DNA of 30,221 bases from a virus (taxonomy: Duplodnaviria > Caudoviricetes): IMG/VR virus record IMGVR_UViG_3300031949_000135, positions 1 to 30,221 of that record. One strand, written 5' to 3'. The translations under genes and the position numbers were made by a program. The notes beneath the pieces were generated by a model, which searched no databases, was not told the DNA's origin, and was given only the letters and a program-made list of their open reading frames with translations. Positions 1-7,774 of the stretch are shown here, piece after piece. Within the stretch, counting starts at the first letter, position 1, and every line of letters starts with the position of its first letter.

Positions 1-2
1 CT

Positions 3-383
3 TGGAAAGATTATGTTCTTTCCTGGATTCTGCGAGCCGACGAATTTCCGTTCGTACTTATCAGATACGAGGATCTGCTCAAAGATCCGCAAGAACTTGA
101 GCTTGCACTTTTCAAACTTGGACTTGAGTATTCTAGACGAAACATCACTACTGCATATATTCGACAAAGATTTGACAATAGAGTTCGAGATATAAAAGAG
201 CATGGTGATAATTACAAATTAGGAAAGTCTCTTAATCTTCATCTAATGCACAAAGGAGTTGCTGGAGAATGGCGTTCTCATTTCGAGCCCAAAGATGCCG
301 AACTTTCAGAGAAAGTGTTCGGAGAGCTATTAAGATTATTGCATTATACGAAAGATTCGTCATGGGTTAAGAAATGGAGTTAG
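3..383 (+). CDS. Sulfotransferase (Sulfotransfer_1-like), C-terminal part, 5'-truncated by window edge
   Basis: Not in the ORF track. The frame from nt 3 is open to TAG 381-383: WKDYVLSW...LIRYEDLLKDP...LMHKGVAGEWRSHF. This matches the YEDL..DP and RKGxxGDWxxxF motifs of PAPS-dependent sulfotransferases. Confidence 0.85.
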   Translation, partial: WKDYVLSWILRADEFPFVLIRYEDLLKDPQELELALFKLGLEYSRRNITTAYIRQRFDNRVRDIKEHGDNYKLGKSLNLHLMHKGVAGEWRSHFEPKDAELSEKVFGELLRLLHYTKDSSWVKKWS

Positions 384-384
384 A

Positions 385-1101
385 ATGAAAGCGCCAATCG
401 TGACCGTTTATGCGAACGATAAAAGTCTTTGGCTTTTGAACGGATTTCAGTATTTATTCCGCAAGTATTGGTCTCCGGAAGAGCCTGTTAGAGTAGTAGG
501 ATATTCTCCGCCGAGAAATGGAGACTTACCGAGTAATTTCTCCTTCCACAGCATAGCTAAGAGAAATTATCCAGCAACTGAGTGGAGTAGCGGTGTTCTA
601 CAAAGCTTGGATAAATTCATTGAAAATGGGGAGGAATTTTTCATCATGATGTTAGAGGATTTTTGGCTGAATGCTCCTGCGAATATAGAGATAATAAATA
701 AACTCGTGCAGTATCTTAACGATCAGCCCCGAAATATCCTACGAATGGATCTAACTGCCGACCGCTGCCAGCACAAGCGATTTATAGTAGGAAGTGAAGA
801 TCTGGGAAATTGCACAGTCATAAGAACTAGCGCAGATGCACCGTATCAAATGTCATTTCAAGCTGCTATTTGGAATATTTCTCTTCTGCGAGCCGTGCTT
901 CGACCGTATGAAGATCCGTGGACTTCAGAGATTCAGGGAACTGCTAGATTGAAAACAGCGGATGAAGAATACGTGGTTTTGGGAACTATCAATAATCCTC
1001 TAAAATATCAACCTGTATACAGATCCAAACGAGTGTCTCTTGACATTTCGAAGTTATCTGAAGAAGATCAACAAGTGATTGTACGGAGAGGATGGGTCTA
1101 A
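385..1101 (+). CDS. Putative glycosyltransferase-like protein (GT-A-like)
   Basis: 238 aa. W(S)..(L)...L..FIMMLEDFWL (DxD-like acidic motif after a hydrophobic strand), SFQAAIW and PWxxE resemble GT-like proteins of polysaccharide loci. Flanked by sulfo- and methyltransferases. Confidence 0.55.
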   Translation: MKAPIVTVYANDKSLWLLNGFQYLFRKYWSPEEPVRVVGYSPPRNGDLPSNFSFHSIAKRNYPATEWSSGVLQSLDKFIENGEEFFIMMLEDFWLNAPANIEIINKLVQYLNDQPRNILRMDLTADRCQHKRFIVGSEDLGNCTVIRTSADAPYQMSFQAAIWNISLLRAVLRPYEDPWTSEIQGTARLKTADEEYVVLGTINNPLKYQPVYRSKRVSLDISKLSEEDQQVIVRRGWV

Positions 1102-1628
1102 TGGGTGCTATTCACAAAGGAGTTTCTCCAGATCTTGCAGAATATATGCGGGATGAATATAATCTTAATACTTTTGTAGAGACTGGAACATACGTTGGAA
1201 GAACTGCGCTGTGGGCTTCGAGCAGATTCAAGATGGTTTATACTATTGAGAGTGACTCTGACATTTATTTCAGAGCTCAAAAAGTTCTTGGCGGCATTAG
1301 GAACGTAAAACTGTTCATGGGTCTTAGTCAAGATATGCTTCCAATTGTTATGAACATGTTTACTGGATTGGCTCTTGTTTGGCTTGATGCTCATTGGAGT
1401 AAAGATCTGGGTTATGAAAAATTTCCTGAGGTTATATGTCCTGTTCTTCAGGAAATTGAAGCATTCAGTAAAGATCCTAGGCGGCATGTAATTCTTATAG
1501 ACGATTTGCGTCTCTTTAGCGGTAAGCATGGATGGCCGACGGTTACTCAACTTGAAGAACAATTGAAGAAAGCTGGCAAAGAGGTTTCTTACGAAGAAGA
1601 TGTCATAGTAGCCGTTCCCAATGACTAA
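1101..1628 (+). CDS. Class I SAM-dependent methyltransferase
   Basis: FVETGTYVG (motif I), YTIE (motif II acid), WLDAH and ILIDD. Start most likely the ATG in TAATG overlapping the upstream stop (track gives 1092). Confidence 0.8.
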   Translation: MGAIHKGVSPDLAEYMRDEYNLNTFVETGTYVGRTALWASSRFKMVYTIESDSDIYFRAQKVLGGIRNVKLFMGLSQDMLPIVMNMFTGLALVWLDAHWSKDLGYEKFPEVICPVLQEIEAFSKDPRRHVILIDDLRLFSGKHGWPTVTQLEEQLKKAGKEVSYEEDVIVAVPND

Positions 1629-2277
1629 AAAAGACAAACAAGGAGTTCCTATTATAGTCTTGGGGATGCACAGATCAGGAACCTCATTGGTTGCTGGATT
1701 GTTGCACCGTATTGGCGTATCCATGGGTACAAGATTATTGCCAGCAGATCAGTTCAATCCTGGAGGTTATTTTGAGGACGAGGACTTTTTATGGATAAAT
1801 AAGGGAATTTTGGAGAATGCTGGAGGAATCTGGTATGATCCTCCGTCGCTGGAGAAAGTACAGAAATCTCAAAAAAAGTTTCTAAAAGCTTTGAAGACAA
1901 CTATAGCTTCCAAGAGAGCATATGCAGGAACAAGAGCCTGGGGCTGGAAAGATCCGAGAAATTGCTTGACTTGTTGGACTTTTTGGGAATTTGTTCCGGA
2001 TGCCAGGTACATTGTTGTTATTCGTAATCCTGATAGCATATGCAAATCTCTTTTGAAAGCTTATGGAAATAAAACAAACTGGAAAAAATTGGTGGATTTG
2101 TACTACAAATCTGTAGATGATTTTCTAACATCTCACGCCAACATGTCCATAAATGTTATTTATGAAGAACTTGTAAACAGAAAGTATGCGGAAGAATCTG
2201 TCGTAAATATTTTATATCTCGCAGGTCGCAAGGAATCTGATCTTCCTGCAGCTTTGAAGACTATTAAGTTCAGATAA
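1621..2277 (+). CDS. Sulfotransferase family protein (Sulfotransfer_3-like)
   Basis: IIVLGMHRSGTS (5'-PSB loop), NPxGYFED, WGWKDPR, VIRNP, IYEEL. Confidence 0.88.
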   Translation: MTKKDKQGVPIIVLGMHRSGTSLVAGLLHRIGVSMGTRLLPADQFNPGGYFEDEDFLWINKGILENAGGIWYDPPSLEKVQKSQKKFLKALKTTIASKRAYAGTRAWGWKDPRNCLTCWTFWEFVPDARYIVVIRNPDSICKSLLKAYGNKTNWKKLVDLYYKSVDDFLTSHANMSINVIYEELVNRKYAEESVVNILYLAGRKESDLPAALKTIKFR

Positions 2278-2287
2278 AAAGTTGACC

Positions 2288-2316
2288 TTGCATTAGACCT
2301 AATTATGCGGTATAAT
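2288..2316 (+). promoter_or_regulatory. sigma70/sigmaA-type promoter for head genes
   Basis: TTGCAT (2288-2293), 17 nt spacer, TATAAT (2311-2316), in an intergenic gap. Confidence 0.75.
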
Positions 2317-2335
2317 GAGGTTTAGAGATATTATT

Positions 2336-3937
2336 ATGCCATACTCAGGACCTAATGACTCCAGAATTCCTTCCAATGTACCTGCTGGAAAGAAAGCTCA
2401 GTGGGTTAAAGTTTGGAATAGCTCGTATAAATCATGTATTAGCGACGGTGGATCTGCAGGAACTTGCGAGACCAAGGCATTCAAAATGGCGAATGGCGTC
2501 ATAAAAGGCAAAAATAAAAGCAAGAGGAGTGATCCTATGAAGAATGGAATTCTCAGCATCTTCGGAGAATTTACTAAGGGACTAAAAGACATAGTTCAAG
2601 CATTTCAGCAACGAGCAGTTAGCATCAGCGGCATAGGAAATGCAGTTTTTGAGGAGTTTTATAATCAGGGTGCATATCTGAGCGATATCTATTTTGAAAA
2701 TGGTGGTCTGTTCGCCGTTGCAAGTCAGGGTGGTAAGTTATTCCGATCAACACTAACGATCGACGATAACGGAGATGTTACCGTCGGTGATATGCAGGAG
2801 GTCGTAGTAAAATTTGATAATGTAAACAGATCTACTTTTCGAACAACTAAAGAAGGTAAAGTTCAGATGCTGGCTATTTCTGCTACCAGCGTGATAAATA
2901 AAGAGGGGGAAATAGATTCGAGGTCATTATTTGACTCAATGGCAGATTTCATGCGCAGAACTCAAAAGCGCATTCCGAGAACATTGTTTCATGAAGGAAC
3001 TCAATTTAGAACAGGCGACGTAATCTGGATGGCTAGAGACGAAAATGTCTTAGTCTCTCTAACAGAGTTCGATGATTCCGAGATTGCTCAGCGAGAAATC
3101 AAGTCTCGCGAAAGTGATCCAGATTTCTGGGGAGACAGCATTGAGTATGATCCTGTAGGAAATCCTGAATTTTGGAATGTAGATGACGGAATCACTATTC
3201 CAGTCTACAATGCAGCCATCCCGCTCGCAATATCTACTGTTCGTTCTGATAGAGCCTGTTCATTGTACGCTAACCGATTTTCGCTCAAAAGGCAGGAGGT
3301 AAACCGCATGACTCTACGAGATTCTGATCACGAAGCACTTGTCAAGTTATTTGATGGCGATGCAGAGCAAGCAGATGAGTGGCTCAAAACCAACGTCTCT
3401 CCGGTAAACCGTGAGATTACCGAATCCGGTCAGATCACTCGCGATGTGGAGGGGGATGACAACCCCGTTCCGGAAGATACAGACGAAGAATTGGAAGAGG
3501 AAGCAGTTGAGGAAATTGTTGAGGGGTCTGGAGAAGCTGTGGCTAGTGCAGAAGAGTCTGTGGCTGCTGAAGCTTTAGTCCTAGAATTTACAGACGAGAT
3601 GGCTCAGCAGGTTTCTGAAACTGTTGTCAAGTCCGGTGTCTTCACTGAATTCCGAGATGGCATCACTGCACTCGTTACGGAGATCAAAGATTCTGTTAGT
3701 CAGTTGTCCACAACTGTAGCAGATCTGCAAGCTGCCTCAGTTGCCAGGGCGAAGGACATTCAGGAGCTGAAGAAATCTGATGCTGAAAAGAAAAGAGTGT
3801 GGCTCGAAGACGCTCCTCGGAATCAGCAGCGAGTTTCTGTAACATATCGACCGAGCCAAAGTGCCTCTACTGCGGAGATCAACAAGCGGTCAATGGAGGA
3901 GATGGCTCAGGAAACTTTAGCCAATATCAAGCAATAA
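2336..3937 (+). CDS. Head maturation gene: ChaB-like N-domain + putative prohead protease + acidic/coiled-coil scaffold
   Basis: Immediately upstream of the capsid gene. N-terminal MPY...P..V...W..VWNS.Y...AF..A resembles ChaB. The middle (DSRSLF, LFHEG, DSIEY) is compatible with an HK97/XkdF-type protease. The C-terminus is acidic and heptad-rich. The track start (2315) overlaps the -10 box, so 2336 is preferred. Confidence 0.65.
   Translation: MPYSGPNDSRIPSNVPAGKKAQWVKVWNSSYKSCISDGGSAGTCETKAFKMANGVIKGKNKSKRSDPMKNGILSIFGEFTKGLKDIVQAFQQRAVSISGIGNAVFEEFYNQGAYLSDIYFENGGLFAVASQGGKLFRSTLTIDDNGDVTVGDMQEVVVKFDNVNRSTFRTTKEGKVQMLAISATSVINKEGEIDSRSLFDSMADFMRRTQKRIPRTLFHEGTQFRTGDVIWMARDENVLVSLTEFDDSEIAQREIKSRESDPDFWGDSIEYDPVGNPEFWNVDDGITIPVYNAAIPLAISTVRSDRACSLYANRFSLKRQEVNRMTLRDSDHEALVKLFDGDAEQADEWLKTNVSPVNREITESGQITRDVEGDDNPVPEDTDEELEEEAVEEIVEGSGEAVASAEESVAAEALVLEFTDEMAQQVSETVVKSGVFTEFRDGITALVTEIKDSVSQLSTTVADLQAASVARAKDIQELKKSDAEKKRVWLEDAPRNQQRVSVTYRPSQSASTAEINKRSMEEMAQETLANIKQ
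3308..3937 (+). CDS. Nested in-frame scaffold protein (internal start)
   Basis: AGGAGGT at 3294-3300, 7 nt before an in-frame ATG; 209-aa acidic/coiled-coil product, like lambda C/Nu3. Confidence 0.6.
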   Translation: MTLRDSDHEALVKLFDGDAEQADEWLKTNVSPVNREITESGQITRDVEGDDNPVPEDTDEELEEEAVEEIVEGSGEAVASAEESVAAEALVLEFTDEMAQQVSETVVKSGVFTEFRDGITALVTEIKDSVSQLSTTVADLQAASVARAKDIQELKKSDAEKKRVWLEDAPRNQQRVSVTYRPSQSASTAEINKRSMEEMAQETLANIKQ

Positions 3938-3986
3938 CTCTACTATCATCTTGGACTATTAGAATCAATTTTTAGGAGGAATAATT

Positions 3987-5288
3987 ATGCCAGACGATCT
4001 TGTTGTGTCAGATTTAGCTACGATTTACGGTTGCTGCGGACTGTTTGACCTGTGTTCCGACGCTGACCTGATGTCCTTGTCCTTTGAGGGTCAACAGCCC
4101 TTCTTGGACTGGATTGGCTGGGAGCGAACAAAGGTCTGCATTATCAAGAAAAACTTCATCACCTGGGTGCGTCCTGCTCTGAATATTTCAGGAAATCGCT
4201 CGGTTGGTTATGTTGCAGATCCCTGCGGTCCTTCCAATGGTGTTCGGTGGGGTGAGTGTGACTTCACCCTCGAAGATTTCTCTCTTATCCGCCGACACGG
4301 TCCTACCAGAAACGCTACTCGCAACGACGTGAAATACTGCGAAATGCAGCCTCGTTATCGGTTAGATGGTACGCCGATTACGAGCGACGCCGAATTCGAT
4401 ATGCGCCTGACCGTTGAAGGCATGATTCAAGATCTTAAGCTCATGCTAGTCAATGGAAATAACACTATTCCTGGTCAGTTTGACGGTCTTCAGCGATTGG
4501 TTGCGACTGGCTACACCGACTCCAAAGGTCGGCGCTGCGCTTCCATGGACTCAATCGTTATTGACTGGAATAGCAACGGTATGGATGGAGGCGCTGGCAT
4601 TACGATCAATGGCGTTCCAATGGCAATTGGATACAACTTCATTGATGTCTTGCTCGGTGCTTTCCGACGTGTGCGCGATCGCATCTTGATGGCTCCGCAG
4701 TTAGCTGCTCAGGGAATGAGTGTTGGCGATATGGTTCTGGTTGCCCCTACCTTCTTGCTGCGCTGCATTCTGGATGCCTTTACCTGCTGGTCGGTATGCC
4801 CTGGTCAGCAGTACAACGAGACTAATCTGAACACGTATGAAGCCCGGACTTTCCGAAATGGTTTGAACGGTGGCATGTTCCAGGCTGGTAAGATCTTTCT
4901 TGATACCTTCGAGATTCCCCTGATCGCGTATGACTGGGGCATGATCAATGGTCCGACTCGAGCAGATGCTTATCTGTTGACCGGTCGCGTCGGTGCTGTC
5001 AAGACGATCTCTGGTCAGTATAACGATTTGACCGGTGTTCCGACTGGTTATCCTGAAGCAGGGTACTCCTCAACTGACGGTGGTAGGCTTTTGACCTGGC
5101 TGGAGCAGGATAAAACCTGCGTCTATCGCGAAGTTGAAATGCAACCTCGGCTTCTGATGTGGGCTCCCTGGGCTCAGGTAAGATTCCAGGATGTTGCTTG
5201 CCACAGTCCGTTCGGTCCTCTGTCGCATGACCCGTTCGAGACCTCCTTCTTCCCGGAGAGCTCGTTCTTCCCGGCGGTCTGCCCGTAG
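3987..5288 (+). CDS. Major capsid protein (HK97 fold presumed), Cys-rich
   Basis: Strong AGGAGG SD, follows the scaffold, 433 aa, G...GQFDGL motif seen in phage capsids, followed by a strong hairpin; 14 Cys. Confidence 0.8.
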   Translation: MPDDLVVSDLATIYGCCGLFDLCSDADLMSLSFEGQQPFLDWIGWERTKVCIIKKNFITWVRPALNISGNRSVGYVADPCGPSNGVRWGECDFTLEDFSLIRRHGPTRNATRNDVKYCEMQPRYRLDGTPITSDAEFDMRLTVEGMIQDLKLMLVNGNNTIPGQFDGLQRLVATGYTDSKGRRCASMDSIVIDWNSNGMDGGAGITINGVPMAIGYNFIDVLLGAFRRVRDRILMAPQLAAQGMSVGDMVLVAPTFLLRCILDAFTCWSVCPGQQYNETNLNTYEARTFRNGLNGGMFQAGKIFLDTFEIPLIAYDWGMINGPTRADAYLLTGRVGAVKTISGQYNDLTGVPTGYPEAGYSSTDGGRLLTWLEQDKTCVYREVEMQPRLLMWAPWAQVRFQDVACHSPFGPLSHDPFETSFFPESSFFPAVCP

Positions 5289-5305
5289 GTTTCTCCTTTT
5301 CTCCT

Positions 5306-5338
5306 GCTGGAGGGGAGTGGCTACTGCTCCCCTCCAGC
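5306..5338 (+). terminator. GC-rich hairpin after capsid gene (terminator or mRNA stabiliser)
   Basis: GCTGGAGGGGAG...CTCCCCTCCAGC, 12-bp perfect stem extendable by G-U pairs; no 3' U-tract. Confidence 0.55.
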
Positions 5339-5350
5339 CTCCTGTGGAGA

Positions 5351-7333
5351 GTGTTCGTGGATATCACAGTTATCGTTCCATTCTTCGAGGGACATGGCAC
5401 GATAAAAGAACTTATAAAAACGATACCGACAGAATTTCCAGTAATTGTCGTAGATGATGTAAGCACGAAAAGGTTTGAGTCAAAAGATCAACGGGTCAAA
5501 GTTTTTCGACTGGATAAGAAGGGTTATTTCTCCGGAGCGGTAAACTTCGGAATTCAGCAATGCTCTACAGATGTTCTTGTATTAAATCAAGATGTAGAGT
5601 TTAGAGGTCGTGAAGCTTTTGATCTAATCGCACATTACAAAGATGAATATGCTCTTATCGGAGAGGCTGTCTCTGGAAATCATCCAGCATGGTCAATGGG
5701 ATATGTTCATGGATCATTCATGTTCATGCGTAGGGATGCTGTTCAGAAGGTTGGTCTTCTAGACGGGAAAAATTATCCTCTTTGGGGATCTACTTGTGAA
5801 TGGCAGCTCAGAGCTTGCAGAAAAGGCTTCAAAGCCCTTCCTGTTAGACCGATTCCTGGAATGATTCACAAGCGAAAAGGCAATTACGGGTCATCGATAC
5901 AAAAGTTACTGCAAGATGATCCTGCGCATAAGGAATGGTTTATCCGAACTCCGCCGTTAGTTTCAGTGATTGTTCCGTCATACAATCATGGAAAATATTT
6001 ACCAGAGCTTATAAACTCTCTTACCGGCGGAAATACTGAGCTAGGACATATGCCTGGGCAGACATTTCAGTCTTTTGATGTGATCATTGCTGATGATTGC
6101 TCAACTGACGATACCCAAGAGATTATGCGAGATTTGGCAGATCCTTGGAAGGGCATAAAATATGTTCGTACTAGAGTAAACAGTGGAACGTCAGCAGCGT
6201 GTAATTTGGCGATTGAAGCATCGAATTCTAAATACATCGCCAGAATCGACGCCGACGACATGAGAGACACTAATTCTCTTGAAATTATGCTTGATGTTCA
6301 GTTGGCTAATCCTCATTCATTCGTTTATGACGATGTTCAGTTATTTACACCGAATGGACTAATAGCGAAAATATGGAGGATGAGAGATTACAACTTTGAC
6401 GAACTTATCGAAAAGAATTTTATTCATGCCGGAATCATGTTTCCAAGGCAAGCTTGGATTGAGGCTGGAAAATATCCTGAAGAAATGCGGCATGGTAGAG
6501 ATGATTGGGCGTTCAATATTGCTCTAGGTCTAAACGGTTGGTGCGGGATTCATCTGGAGAATCCAGGATATTTGTACAGACGACATGATAATAACAGAAC
6601 TTTACGGAATACGAATCCGGTTGATCGTGCTGAATTCAAGCGAAAAATTATGTCTCTATATCCAGAGGCATACAAGGAGGTAAGACCTATGGCTTGCTGT
6701 GGAGGATCAAGATCGAGTGTTATGCGGTCGGGGACTGTATGGAAAGCTAACGGGGGAGGTGCTTCTCCAGGACTTCCAGGTGCTGAAGGATTGATTCTTC
6801 TTGAGTACCAGGGATTGAACTACGGAAAAACCACTTATTTTGGACCGGCTACAGGGTCTGCCTATACGTTTAGTGCTAGGAATAAGCGGCAATGGGTAGA
6901 TCCTCATGACATTCATTTCGAGCTCGCAAACGGAAAACAGATAGGTCTTTTGGATCTAACTGAGGGAAAAAAGGCTACATTCAAGCTTATTCCTAAATCC
7001 ACCAAAGAATCTATGAAAAGAGCTGTTGCTATTTCTCATGAAGTAGCTTCTACAGAAGTTCCTGCTGAAATTGTTGAAGATATCTCGGATATCGGCATCT
7101 CGGAAGAAGTAGAGGAGAGTGGTTCTGCGATGAGCGATGAAATTGTGAATCCAGATGACAACTATTTTATTCGACTTACCGGAGTTGGTCTTACAACGTC
7201 TGTTCGCCTTCTCGATAGCGGATACGCGAGCATGAAGCAACTTGCAGAGGCGAATACAGAAGAATTGGCTGCTAAGATGGATTGGTCGGTAAGCAAGGCT
7301 AAACGAGTTCAGAAACAGGCTTCTACAAGGTAG
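5351..7333 (+). CDS. Tandem GT2 glycosyltransferase (two GT-A domains) fused to a C-terminal Cys-motif/acidic/helix-hairpin-helix region
   Basis: Domain 1: ITVIVPFF..VIVVDD..VLNQD. Domain 2: VSVIVPSYN..IADDCSTD..IDADD..DDW. The C-terminal LTGVG..LLDSGY..LAEA..EL is HhH-like. Confidence 0.88.
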   Translation: MFVDITVIVPFFEGHGTIKELIKTIPTEFPVIVVDDVSTKRFESKDQRVKVFRLDKKGYFSGAVNFGIQQCSTDVLVLNQDVEFRGREAFDLIAHYKDEYALIGEAVSGNHPAWSMGYVHGSFMFMRRDAVQKVGLLDGKNYPLWGSTCEWQLRACRKGFKALPVRPIPGMIHKRKGNYGSSIQKLLQDDPAHKEWFIRTPPLVSVIVPSYNHGKYLPELINSLTGGNTELGHMPGQTFQSFDVIIADDCSTDDTQEIMRDLADPWKGIKYVRTRVNSGTSAACNLAIEASNSKYIARIDADDMRDTNSLEIMLDVQLANPHSFVYDDVQLFTPNGLIAKIWRMRDYNFDELIEKNFIHAGIMFPRQAWIEAGKYPEEMRHGRDDWAFNIALGLNGWCGIHLENPGYLYRRHDNNRTLRNTNPVDRAEFKRKIMSLYPEAYKEVRPMACCGGSRSSVMRSGTVWKANGGGASPGLPGAEGLILLEYQGLNYGKTTYFGPATGSAYTFSARNKRQWVDPHDIHFELANGKQIGLLDLTEGKKATFKLIPKSTKESMKRAVAISHEVASTEVPAEIVEDISDIGISEEVEESGSAMSDEIVNPDDNYFIRLTGVGLTTSVRLLDSGYASMKQLAEANTEELAAKMDWSVSKAKRVQKQASTR

Positions 7334-7340
7334 AATAAAC

Positions 7341-7664
7341 GTGAGTTCTGAAGGATGGTTTCTTATATTTGCTCTTGCGGTGTTTCGGCTTTCAGAGATC
7401 GTATCTCGAGATCTGATACTAGATTCAATCAGAAGATACATCGCCAGAAAAGCAGCCGAAGGAAGCAGGGTATGGACTGTATTGGCAAATTGGATCTACT
7501 GCCCCTTGTGTGTCGGTGTCTGGTTTTCCATCCCTGCTTCCTTCGTTTACGTATCAGCATTTCTGCACTCTATGGACTTTATCAAACTTGTAACAATCTG
7601 GCTTGGACTTTCAGGAGCGCAGTATATGTTGAGTAAGATAAGCATAAATCTGGATAATAACTGA
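7341..7664 (+). CDS. Small membrane protein with CxxC (DUF1360-like)
   Basis: LAVFRLSEIVSRD...IR...YCPLCVGVW pattern with about 3 hydrophobic segments, matching my recollection of DUF1360. Confidence 0.7.
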   Translation: MSSEGWFLIFALAVFRLSEIVSRDLILDSIRRYIARKAAEGSRVWTVLANWIYCPLCVGVWFSIPASFVYVSAFLHSMDFIKLVTIWLGLSGAQYMLSKISINLDNN

Positions 7665-7667
7665 TGG

Positions 7668-7696
7668 TTGTAACGGTGCTTCTTTTATTGTATAAT
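7668..7696 (+). promoter_or_regulatory. sigma70/sigmaA-type promoter for neck/tail genes
   Basis: TTGTAA (7668-7673), 17 nt spacer, TATAAT (7691-7696). Confidence 0.7.
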
Positions 7697-7774
7697 AAGG
7701 GTGTAACATACCTTTCGCCTAAATTGGAAGCGTATGGAAGCACACAGAAGGGCATGAATAGGGTATAGTTTATC

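Noticed and set aside
13-195. 60-aa ORF in the track
   Set aside because: Out-of-frame shadow of the sulfotransferase frame 3-383.
1101-1628. DNA methyltransferase (anti-restriction)
   Set aside because: Lacks DPPY/NPPY or PCQ motifs and is short; it looks like a small-molecule or glycan methyltransferase.
2315-2335. Track start of the 540-aa ORF
   Set aside because: The ATG lies inside the TATAAT box and would not be transcribed from that promoter.
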